The notes under the pieces: generated by a model
The model's database searches: none
Told to the model about the DNA's origin: nothing
Seen by the model: only the letters and a program-made list of their open reading frames with translations
Shown here: positions 33,185 to 43,182 of the stretch, in pieces
How the letters are laid out: every line of letters starts with the position of its first letter
Numbering within the stretch: position 1 is the first letter of the stretch
Program-made: the position numbers and the translations under genes
Sequence record: PZ386977.1
DNA length: 64,000 nt
Source of the DNA: a phage
Direction: 5' to 3' (one strand)

Positions 33185-33214
33185 TATAGTAACACATCCT
33201 ACAGGAGAGTAAAC
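33185..33214 (-). promoter_or_regulatory. T4-type early promoter
   Basis: minus-strand GTTTAC -35 and TACTATAG -10. Confidence 0.55.
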
Positions 33215-33244
33215 ATCTTTTTAAACTTTTTCTGCCCTAAACGC

Positions 33245-33268
33245 ACAAAAGGGAGACCGAAGTCTCCC
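33245..33268 (-). terminator. intrinsic terminator (GGGAGAC-UUCG-GUCUCCC plus U4)
   Basis: identical stem to the terminators at 9868 and 48035. Confidence 0.8.
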
Positions 33269-33273
33269 TAAAA

Positions 33274-33453
33274 TTATGCAACAACCTTTCCAAAACGAGA
33301 AGCATCATCTCGAAGAACTGCACGTGCTCTGCGCATGATCTTCTCAACTGTTTGATTAATACGAGAGTTCGACCCACGCTTGTATCCAGCGCGTTTAGAG
33401 GTACCATCAACTTTCTTTTCAACTGCTTTCTTTGCTTTAGCTTGTTTTGCCAT
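33274..33453 (-). CDS. small basic protein (59 aa), unannotated in the ORF track
   Basis: hand-translated MAKQAKAKKAVEKKVDGTSKRAGYKRGSNSRINQTVEKIMRRARAVLRDDASRFGKVVA; terminator 6 nt after stop; weak AG-rich RBS. Confidence 0.45.
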   Translation of the reverse strand: MAKQAKAKKAVEKKVDGTSKRAGYKRGSNSRINQTVEKIMRRARAVLRDDASRFGKVVA

Positions 33454-33748
33454 TATAAATTCTCTTTAAATGAAAATGCAGGACTTATTGACATTGCCTG
33501 CGCAAGCCCTCAAGGGGAACATAGGTTTTGGATATTTAACGACAGGATAACCATAAACCCGTCATCATACCAACCACGACTTAGACAGATAACCTTTTTC
33601 TGACGCGTGATAGTACAAAATACATTCAAGAGGTACACCGTAAAACTGCCGGGGTCTTAAAACTATAATGATTCGCAAATCATTAATCAGACAGTTCGAC
33701 GGCTCCTCGATTTTCTAGCCGCACTTAAGGTAGCGAATCACCTAAAAC

Positions 33749-33997
33749 TTATTTAAGGGTAATAACAAAATGACGTACTGCTTTACGAGCTGCAGAAGCC
33801 AAAGGCTTAGCATATTTCAGTTCATCTTTTGCTTCCAGTTCAGAGGCCAAAGCTGCCTGAGCAGGATTCAGATGTTTGAAATATCGCAGGATTTCCAGTG
33901 CTTCAGCTTCAACATCAATTGAAGCGCCGTAGTTTTCGTGACCGTTATTCCATGCGTTGCGTTGCAGTTCAAGAGCGTGTTGTAATTGTTTAATCAT
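33749..33997 (-). CDS. rIII: rIII lysis-inhibition accessory protein
   Basis: 82-aa ORF, exact T4 rIII size, located next to gene 31. Confidence 0.8.
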   Translation of the reverse strand: MIKQLQHALELQRNAWNNGHENYGASIDVEAEALEILRYFKHLNPAQAALASELEAKDELKYAKPLASAARKAVRHFVITLK

Positions 33998-34121
33998 TTT
34001 AAATTCTCAATTCGAGATAATATTTAGTAGCCACGTTCGTCTGAATTTCACCTTCTTTCGACAAGTCTCTCGGTTGTAGGCTACCGCTTAGAAGAGTGTT
34101 CTCTTCATATAGTTATTTATA

Positions 34122-34454
34122 TCACTTATAAAGACACGGAATAGCTTTATAGTGGCATGTTACGAATTTCTGTTTAATTTCTTTAGGTTGTTTAAGTCCC
34201 AAAGCCACAAATGGATGTGGAACATTTCGAATTTGTCCAACTGGTAGTGGAGTCAAATCACCGACTTCAACAAAACCTTCAGGAACATCAGGACCTACAG
34301 AATGAACTACACATAGTTCAGGAACTTCACCTTGAACACGTTTACCAATCACAAGTCCTGATTCGGTAACTTCTTCATCACCTGCTTGAGCGGGTTCAGA
34401 AACCAGAATGACATATTCACCAACAGCACGAATTGGGAGTTGTACTTCAGACAT
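34122..34454 (-). CDS. 31: head assembly co-chaperonin (gp31, GroES analogue)
   Basis: 110-aa ORF at T4 gene 31 position. Confidence 0.8.
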   Translation of the reverse strand: MSEVQLPIRAVGEYVILVSEPAQAGDEEVTESGLVIGKRVQGEVPELCVVHSVGPDVPEGFVEVGDLTPLPVGQIRNVPHPFVALGLKQPKEIKQKFVTCHYKAIPCLYK

Positions 34455-34511
34455 CTTATTTCCTTGTTGTTTGACGATAGATTAATAATACCATACTATT
34501 CGTAAAGCATA

Positions 34512-34820
34512 TTACATAAGAAGCAAACGTTCTACCGGAGTACCATCAACCGAAATTACTTTATCAAGGCGGAAAGAACGCCACTGACCTAACTTGGTAT
34601 CGAATGCTCGAACTGATTCACGAGGTTCATAACGAACTTCTGTTGCCGGATTGTTATTTTCATATTTGACTTCAAGTTCATCACGAGAAGCAAACATCGT
34701 GCGAACATCACCATTAGCCTTTTCAAATATAACACAATGAACGCCTACAGACAGAATAGTTTTAATACGTTCACGAAGAACCATAGTTTCTTGTTCAGTT
34801 AAAATCATATTATTCACCAC
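34512..34820 (-). CDS. hypothetical protein (102 aa), positional counterpart of 31.1
   Basis: ORF overlapping the cd stop region. Confidence 0.55.
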   Translation of the reverse strand: MVNNMILTEQETMVLRERIKTILSVGVHCVIFEKANGDVRTMFASRDELEVKYENNNPATEVRYEPRESVRAFDTKLGQWRSFRLDKVISVDGTPVERLLLM

Positions 34821-35391
34821 AAAAGTTTCGGATTTGTTCCCAATTCAGAGAACGAAGATTATTACGAGAGTACTGAATTACTTCAATACCGGCTTGTTTA
34901 AGAATGTCTGCCCAATTTTCAGGAGATCTGTCATATAACTCAGCGTATACAACCTTTTTAATACCTGACTGCGTAATAGCTTTAGTGCAATCAGGACATG
35001 GAGAAAGCGTAGTATATAACGTAGCACCTTCAATAGAATTACCTTTACGAGCTGCAAATAAAATTGCATTCAATTCTGCATGTATTTCGTTATTAGCAGA
35101 CCATGCACTATGAGCAGCCCGATGTTCTTTAGCTAAAACAAAATTATCTACCCGTCCAAATGCTGTAGTGCCTTCTTTATGTCCAGCAACGATGGCTGGG
35201 ATTGGTTTATTCTTCAACCAACCATTTTCAGATGCATGTTCGCAACAGTTAACGCCACCTGCAGGTGAACCGTTATATCCAGTAGAGATAATGCGTCCAT
35301 CTTTTTCAATGACGGCACCAACTTTCCATGAACAACATTTTGATTCTTGAGAAATCAGATATGCAATCTGAAGGTATGTGCTAGCTTTCAT
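34810..35391 (-). CDS. cd: dCMP deaminase
   Basis: 193-aa ORF; zinc-binding motifs HAELNAI and SPCPDC. Confidence 0.93.
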   Translation of the reverse strand: MKASTYLQIAYLISQESKCCSWKVGAVIEKDGRIISTGYNGSPAGGVNCCEHASENGWLKNKPIPAIVAGHKEGTTAFGRVDNFVLAKEHRAAHSAWSANNEIHAELNAILFAARKGNSIEGATLYTTLSPCPDCTKAITQSGIKKVVYAELYDRSPENWADILKQAGIEVIQYSRNNLRSLNWEQIRNFCGE

Positions 35392-36383
35392 TATTGAACC
35401 TTATTAATATAAGTTAACAGCTCTTTAGTTTGTTCCCAACTGATGCACGCATCGGTAACGGAAATGCCATAGGACATATTATCAGAAATTTTTTGATTTC
35501 CTTCATGTAGGAACGATTCTATCATAATTCCTTTGACCAAATCATTAGCTGCTAAATTTTTACCAATACCAATTTGATTGCTATAATGCCCTTCAGCGTT
35601 TGCATGGCTACAGTCAACCATTACATAATGATTCAGACCTACTGCCCTTGCTTTGTTAGAAGCTTCTTGAATATCAGAAGAATGATAGTTCGGGCCGTTG
35701 GTCCCGCCACGCAATACGATATGCGTATTCTGATTACCTTCAGCTTCAACAATGCCTACAGTACCATCGACGTCCATACCCATATACCGATGAGGCCAGG
35801 CGGCACTATACATCGCGTCTGTAGCTACTTTAATAGAACCATTGGTTGCGTTCTTGAAGCCTACGCACATCGGTAGACCTGAAGCAATTTCACGATGTGT
35901 CTGACTTTCAGTCGTACGGGCGCCAATAGCAACCCATGAGAAAATACCAGAAAGATACTTAATCGTGAATGGGTCTAATACTTCAGTTGCTAATGGAAGT
36001 CCCATACGTAGAAGTTTACGACACAATGTTCGTGCAACTATAAGACCGTGGTTCATATCAAAACTTCCGTCAAGATATGGATCATTTACAAGACCTTTCC
36101 AACCTACGGTAGTTCGAGGCTTTTCAAAATAAACGCGCATCACTAACAGAACATTAGGAAGACGAGTTTGAAGTTCAGCCAGACGTTTGCCGTATTCAAC
36201 AGCAGCAATAGGGTCATGAATTGAACAAGGACCTACAACAATAAGTTTGCGTGGGTCTTCACCATTCATAATCGAATTAACTTGTTCGCGATGAGAAGCC
36301 ACTTGTGATGCGTAAGCTTCCGACAAAGGAATAATCTCAGCCAGTTCTTTTGGAGAAATAAGTTTTCCGACGACAGGTAACAT
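35391..36383 (-). CDS. 3-deoxy-D-arabino-heptulosonate-7-phosphate (DAHP) synthase, class I (AroG/AroF/AroH type)
   Basis: 330-aa ORF with motifs GPCSIHD, KPRTTVGWKG, GARTTESQ, LRGG, DCSHAN, ESFLHEGNQ, TDACISW; stop overlaps cd start (TAATG). Confidence 0.9.
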   Translation of the reverse strand: MLPVVGKLISPKELAEIIPLSEAYASQVASHREQVNSIMNGEDPRKLIVVGPCSIHDPIAAVEYGKRLAELQTRLPNVLLVMRVYFEKPRTTVGWKGLVNDPYLDGSFDMNHGLIVARTLCRKLLRMGLPLATEVLDPFTIKYLSGIFSWVAIGARTTESQTHREIASGLPMCVGFKNATNGSIKVATDAMYSAAWPHRYMGMDVDGTVGIVEAEGNQNTHIVLRGGTNGPNYHSSDIQEASNKARAVGLNHYVMVDCSHANAEGHYSNQIGIGKNLAANDLVKGIMIESFLHEGNQKISDNMSYGISVTDACISWEQTKELLTYINKVQ

Positions 36384-36503
36384 AACAATCCTTAGGAGAT
36401 ATAAACAGATTCTGATTCAACAATACCTTTAACCGGATTAGACAGGCTAAGTTGGTAGTGCTCAGATTTATGACCATTCTCGATAGTAATGAGATAACTC
36501 TCA

Positions 36504-36740
36504 TTATAGTGTTCCGTATACTCGAGTTGCTTCAACAAGACCATCACTGCCTAATTTAAGATTAGTAATTTGGTCACCATCTTTAGGATTAACGATTACG
36601 AGAAAAGAACGTGGAGATTCTTGAATAACTCGTAATGTTGCATCTTGGAAACGTTCAGACACTTTATTGATGAGTGCTTGAGCAAATTCTTTTACTTTAA
36701 TCTGAAATTCGTGTACTGTAATTGGGTTTTCACTTAGCAT
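36504..36740 (-). CDS. hypothetical protein (78 aa)
   Basis: ORF with RBS GAGGAAA and early promoter upstream. Confidence 0.55.
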   Translation of the reverse strand: MLSENPITVHEFQIKVKEFAQALINKVSERFQDATLRVIQESPRSFLVIVNPKDGDQITNLKLGSDGLVEATRVYGTL

Positions 36741-36800
36741 TTCTATTTCCTCATTTGTTGGTAGAGTTATAGTATCACAACTCCACCGTGTTGTAAACCA

Positions 36801-37076
36801 TTAAATTGCTTTGCATTCAATTTTTTGTGTACCGAAATTGATATCACATTGGATAACTAAATCGCCGTCAAGATCAAATACCACTATGACGTGTGCAGAC
36901 CCAGGGAGAAGAGTAATAGCAATAGAATCTACTTGGTCTGGGAGCAAAGCATTGAGTACATGAGTTAGTTGAGCATGAACTCTGAGTTCGGCTGCATTAT
37001 CAAGCACTTCAAACATATTATTAGCAATAATCTGACTGAAGACTACCTTTACAATTTCAGAATAAGTTGGGAACAT
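36801..37076 (-). CDS. hypothetical protein (91 aa)
   Basis: ORF in early cluster. Confidence 0.55.
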   Translation of the reverse strand: MFPTYSEIVKVVFSQIIANNMFEVLDNAAELRVHAQLTHVLNALLPDQVDSIAITLLPGSAHVIVVFDLDGDLVIQCDINFGTQKIECKAI

Positions 37077-37083
37077 AATTACC

Positions 37084-37308
37084 TCAGTGTACAGTATTTA
37101 CTTTAACTCGAACAACAAATCGCTCGGTCGGTTCACCTACAGGAACAAACTCTACATGATATTCGCCTTTGTAACGAGTATTCAGATCATTACGAATTCC
37201 TGCGAGTTTGTTAATTAATGTAGGACTCATATTAAGTCCCACTAGTTTACGAAGCATTTTGTATGCTTCATCTTCGATTTCATGATGTTTATCGTACATA
37301 GTTTTCAT
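37084..37308 (-). CDS. hypothetical protein (74 aa)
   Basis: ORF in early cluster. Confidence 0.5.
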   Translation of the reverse strand: MKTMYDKHHEIEDEAYKMLRKLVGLNMSPTLINKLAGIRNDLNTRYKGEYHVEFVPVGEPTERFVVRVKVNTVH

Positions 37309-37479
37309 TTAACCATTCAATTGCCTGGTCGACGTTATCAAATATACCACCGTCCAAACGTTCTTCATGCTCATAGTCCAGCACATCAATACCGAACTGT
37401 CCATTTACTAAAGGCCAGGCAACAAACAAATATTCTTTATGCCGTTCAATGGCCTCAATCACTTCATATAATCGTTTCA

Positions 37480-37480
<1 letters not shown>
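37289..37480 (-). CDS. hypothetical acidic protein (63 aa)
   Basis: ORF coupled to pseT start. Confidence 0.5.
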
Positions 37481-38566
<1,086 letters not shown>

Positions 38567-38567
<1 letters not shown>

Positions 38568-38866
38568 TATTTTATTCCTAAGAAAATTTCAAGAATACGA
38601 ATGTTATGCTCGCGCCGGTCTTTATTAATTTCAGCAACGTTTTTATTAATTGACGTACTTCTAACGTTTGAAGAAATAAATTTAATCATATGACTTTTGA
38701 GTTGTTGCAAATCCAACCCTTTTTCTTTAGCAGCTTTACGAAGAGCTTTACCTGCTTCATCTAGCGCCTTTGCTGCATCTTTGTCATAATTGCCAAGTGA
38801 CATTCCGCGACAGATATCAATATACTCATCAGACCGTTTGATGTAATTCTCTAGTAATGTTTTCAT
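38567..38866 (-). CDS. hypothetical protein (99 aa)
   Basis: ORF in early cluster. Confidence 0.5.
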
Positions 38867-38923
38867 TTAGATTTCCTCAATTATCCATAGGAGCATTATA
38901 ATCTGCTCCTGAGAGTTTGTAAA

Positions 38924-39148
38924 CTATTTTACTAAAGATTCAATATACTCGTGAAGAGCTTTAGTCGCTACTGCCCACTTATTCTGATATTCATTTTTCA
39001 GATTAGCACGAGACTGAACTAACAATCGGTCATTAGTCGGAGGCAAAGATTCTAATCGTTGAATCTGGCGCCCATAAATCATAGCCGCCATTTCAGATTC
39101 ATAGATAAGCCCTTTAATGTATTCATGCTGTTCTTTAGTCATTGGCAT
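38924..39148 (-). CDS. hypothetical protein (74 aa)
   Basis: ORF overlapping the o-spanin stop. Confidence 0.5.
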   Translation of the reverse strand: MPMTKEQHEYIKGLIYESEMAAMIYGRQIQRLESLPPTNDRLLVQSRANLKNEYQNKWAVATKALHEYIESLVK

Positions 39149-39429
39149 TTTTCCTCTTTTAAACCACTACGATAATAACATATCATAGTCTTCTGGTCAT
39201 GTACATATCTTTTTACGTCGTTTAACCAGATACGAAATTCTTGAGAGTCTTCAAACGGCATTCCAACCCACGGATTACCATCAATAACCTTTACTTGCCA
39301 TTTCTGGTTATATTCAACAATAGATTCAGGCCATGGCGGATGTAAAGTTTCTTTAGGGCTTAAGGGCACATCCTGGGCACATCCAGCCAAAATACCAATA
39401 GATAATACAACTGCGGTTAATTTAATCAT
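39139..39429 (-). CDS. o-spanin (outer-membrane lipoprotein spanin subunit)
   Basis: 96 aa; signal peptide with lipobox LAGC; gene overlaps the i-spanin gene by 4 nt; T4 pseT.2-like. Confidence 0.75.
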   Translation of the reverse strand: MIKLTAVVLSIGILAGCAQDVPLSPKETLHPPWPESIVEYNQKWQVKVIDGNPWVGMPFEDSQEFRIWLNDVKRYVHDQKTMICYYRSGLKEEKCQ

Positions 39430-39782
39430 TCTGAGAGCTTCCTGAGGTCTTCTGCAAAGGAATCGAAGGACCTGTTGATTTGTTTTTCGACCAATCCTGG
39501 TTTACTTGCCACCACGTTCTTCTTCTTCGAATCCTTACGGAGCTTTTCATTTTCAGCCTTAAGTTGGTCAACTAAAACACGATTCTTATAAGTCATTTCT
39601 TCGATTGACTGATATTGAACCTTGAAGTCGTCTAATACTTTAGCATTGTTTTTAGCAGTCTCTTTAACAGAAGCCAATTCAGTATTCAGCGAATCAACTT
39701 TGTTGTTTAAGACAACTATTGTTACCGTAGAAACTAGAGCAAAAGCTGCTACTATAGCGTAAATCGGATTTACTTTAAGCAT
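39426..39782 (-). CDS. i-spanin (inner-membrane spanin subunit)
   Basis: 118 aa; N-terminal transmembrane helix IYAIVAAFALVSTVTIVVL followed by a charged coiled-coil region; T4 pseT.3-like. Confidence 0.75.
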   Translation of the reverse strand: MLKVNPIYAIVAAFALVSTVTIVVLNNKVDSLNTELASVKETAKNNAKVLDDFKVQYQSIEEMTYKNRVLVDQLKAENEKLRKDSKKKNVVASKPGLVEKQINRSFDSFAEDLRKLSE

Positions 39783-40270
39783 GTTTTAATAATCTCAATG
39801 ATTTCATCTCGGGACAATCCATTGATAAGAACGGTTTTCAAACCATCACACTGGATTTTGTATGATTCAAACATTACACACAACTCTTCCGCTGTATGAT
39901 ATGGACTTGAGATTCCGAGACGGTTGAATTTGTCGGTAAGAGGGTCGCAAATGATGTAGAATTTTATACCTGCGATATGTACGTTGGGTTGACTAATATT
40001 AATGAACACATTAGCGTCGTATTTAGTCAAATTGTTTTGAAGAAATTCTACCATAGCATTAACTGCTTCTGGCATTGCTTCGCGTTTCTCTTCAGCGTAT
40101 CGGGTGGAATATTCCTTTTGCTTTAACTTCTTTTTAGCATTTTTCGCTAGAGTAGTACGAAGGTCCGTAAGATAACCAACTGCACGGCCTTTCTTAAAGA
40201 CCCGGATTCCATCTGTAGAATCACCAAATGCTGCCACAACCATATCGTTAGTAATCAATTGCATATTCAT
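39770..40270 (-). CDS. alc: Alc-like protein (host transcription shut-off factor)
   Basis: 166-aa ORF at the T4 alc position between spanins and rnlA; no independent motif. Confidence 0.6.
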   Translation of the reverse strand: MNMQLITNDMVVAAFGDSTDGIRVFKKGRAVGYLTDLRTTLAKNAKKKLKQKEYSTRYAEEKREAMPEAVNAMVEFLQNNLTKYDANVFINISQPNVHIAGIKFYIICDPLTDKFNRLGISSPYHTAEELCVMFESYKIQCDGLKTVLINGLSRDEIIEIIKTCLK

Positions 40271-40332
40271 AATTTTCTCCTCGTGTTGTTGATAAAAACC
40301 ATAGTAACACCATCCTTGGTGTTTGTAAACCG

Positions 40333-41466
<1,134 letters not shown>

Positions 41467-41512
41467 TCAGTTAGTTTTTTTAAATTGTACCACAATCCTT
41501 GTGGTATGTAAA

Positions 41513-41923
41513 CTACTTTTTCTTATGTTGGATATTCCAAGGCGGGTTGAACTTTTTGATAAAAAGCGGTTCTTCAAGGTCCATTGTTGCGATGGTCATT
41601 GAACCAAGTTCGTTGGTGACTGAAAGGTCAAAACATTGGCGGGCCCAGAATTCAACCTTTTTGCCTTGCATTAAGGCATCCAAAATCATAAGTGATTTTC
41701 TTGAATCTGAAGTCTGGTCTTTTCGATTTATGGCTGTTCGATAATAGTTAATACGTTTCTTTAAATTCTTGGTTTTACCAATATACACAAGTTCGTCATC
41801 TATAGCAATAGCATATATGACATTTTTCTTATTAGGGACATCAACTGTTTTAATTGTTGCATCTTCTAATAGCTCCAATTCTGTATATTTAATAAAGGAA
41901 TATTCGGCGGCGATATCTTTCAT
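41513..41923 (-). CDS. denA: endonuclease II (GIY-YIG family)
   Basis: 136-aa ORF; VIYAIAIDDELVYIGKT GIY-YIG-like N-terminus. Confidence 0.88.
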   Translation of the reverse strand: MKDIAAEYSFIKYTELELLEDATIKTVDVPNKKNVIYAIAIDDELVYIGKTKNLKKRINYYRTAINRKDQTSDSRKSLMILDALMQGKKVEFWARQCFDLSVTNELGSMTIATMDLEEPLFIKKFNPPWNIQHKKK

Positions 41924-41949
41924 AATAAAGTGGGACCGAAGTCCCGTCC

Positions 41950-43128
41950 TTAGAAATATTTTTTGTATGAATTGATTACATTTTGGTCTACATCATTATC
42001 AATTTGTGCTACAAGATAAGAACTGATTTCAACTTCCTGAGGAGCGGCTTGAACTAAATCAGAGTTCAGGTATTCACGAATCCAAGGATACGGATGCTTG
42101 GTCGGAGCATCAGTGATTGGGCATGGCAACCCGCACTGTTTCATACGAGACACAGTCAAGTAATCAACAAAAGCACACATACTTTGCGTATTGATACCTG
42201 GACATGTACCATCTTTAAAGAGGTGTGCAGCCCATTCCTTCTCTTGACTATTTACTTCCATAAAAATGTCAACTGCTTCTTGTTCACATTCTTTAGCAAT
42301 TTGAACCCACTCATCGCCATCAGTACCAGATTGAAGTTGACGGATAATGTACTGAGTACCCTTGAGGTGGAGTTGTTCGTCACGAGCAATGAACTTCATA
42401 ATCTTTGCATTACCTTCCATAATTTCCATATTTTTATGGAAGTTGAAAGTACAAGCAAAAGATACATAAAAACGAATAGCTTCCAGGGCATTGATAACGT
42501 GAAGACAGAGATAAAGCGACTTCATCAGGTCTCGTTTACATTCTTCCAAATGAGTGAGACTGTTTGAATATGCTTCTAAATCATATTCATTTTCGGAAAA
42601 ACATTTAAAAATTTCTTTAGCATTTTCCCATTCACGTGTTTTAACCAGAACATCATCGTAATATTTACCTATTGATTCAGCTCGTTTCATGATTGCTTCG
42701 TCTAATACAATCTCATCAAATACCTTAGATGGGTCTGTATAAAGATTTCGCATAATATGAGTATATGAACGAGAGTGAATAGTTTCACTGAATGTCCATG
42801 TTGCAACCCATGTATCTAATGAAGGGTCAGAAATAAGTGCCATAAGTACCGCAGATGGGGCCCTGCCTTGGATAGAATCTAATAATGATTGATACTTAAG
42901 ATTGTTTGTAAAGATGTCCTGTTGGAACTGAGGAAGCTTATTGAACTGCGCAGAGTCCAACATCAAGTTTACCTCTTCTGGGCGCCAGAAAAACGACAAT
43001 TGCTTTTCAATAAGTTCTTCAAAAACTTTATGTCGCTGAATATCATAACGTGCGAGGCCAAGACCAGAACCAAAGAACATCGGTTCATTCAAAACATCGA
43101 CTTGTTGCGTGTTAAAAACTGTACTCAT
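41950..43128 (-). CDS. nrdB: ribonucleotide reductase small subunit, uninterrupted (no intron)
   Basis: 392-aa continuous ORF, ferritin-like di-iron family. Confidence 0.92.
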   Translation of the reverse strand: MSTVFNTQQVDVLNEPMFFGSGLGLARYDIQRHKVFEELIEKQLSFFWRPEEVNLMLDSAQFNKLPQFQQDIFTNNLKYQSLLDSIQGRAPSAVLMALISDPSLDTWVATWTFSETIHSRSYTHIMRNLYTDPSKVFDEIVLDEAIMKRAESIGKYYDDVLVKTREWENAKEIFKCFSENEYDLEAYSNSLTHLEECKRDLMKSLYLCLHVINALEAIRFYVSFACTFNFHKNMEIMEGNAKIMKFIARDEQLHLKGTQYIIRQLQSGTDGDEWVQIAKECEQEAVDIFMEVNSQEKEWAAHLFKDGTCPGINTQSMCAFVDYLTVSRMKQCGLPCPITDAPTKHPYPWIREYLNSDLVQAAPQEVEISSYLVAQIDNDVDQNVINSYKKYF

Positions 43129-43182
43129 TATATTTTCTCACTTAGTTATAACTCATCCATGAGTAAATTATAATCAAAAGTC

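Noticed and set aside
33352-33603. 83-aa plus-strand ORF in the rIII-proximal intergenic island
   Set aside because: No RBS, Cys/Phe-rich nonsense composition, runs antisense to the small basic ORF; treated as non-coding.
33669-33740. Possible tRNA formed by the TGATTCGC/GCGAATCA inverted repeat
   Set aside because: The enclosed sequence cannot be folded into D, anticodon and T-psi-C arms (a GTTCGA-like motif is in the wrong position, no matching stems); more likely a simple long-range stem or regulatory element.
42094-42567. 157-aa plus-strand ORF inside nrdB
   Set aside because: Antisense shadow ORF within a conserved enzyme gene.
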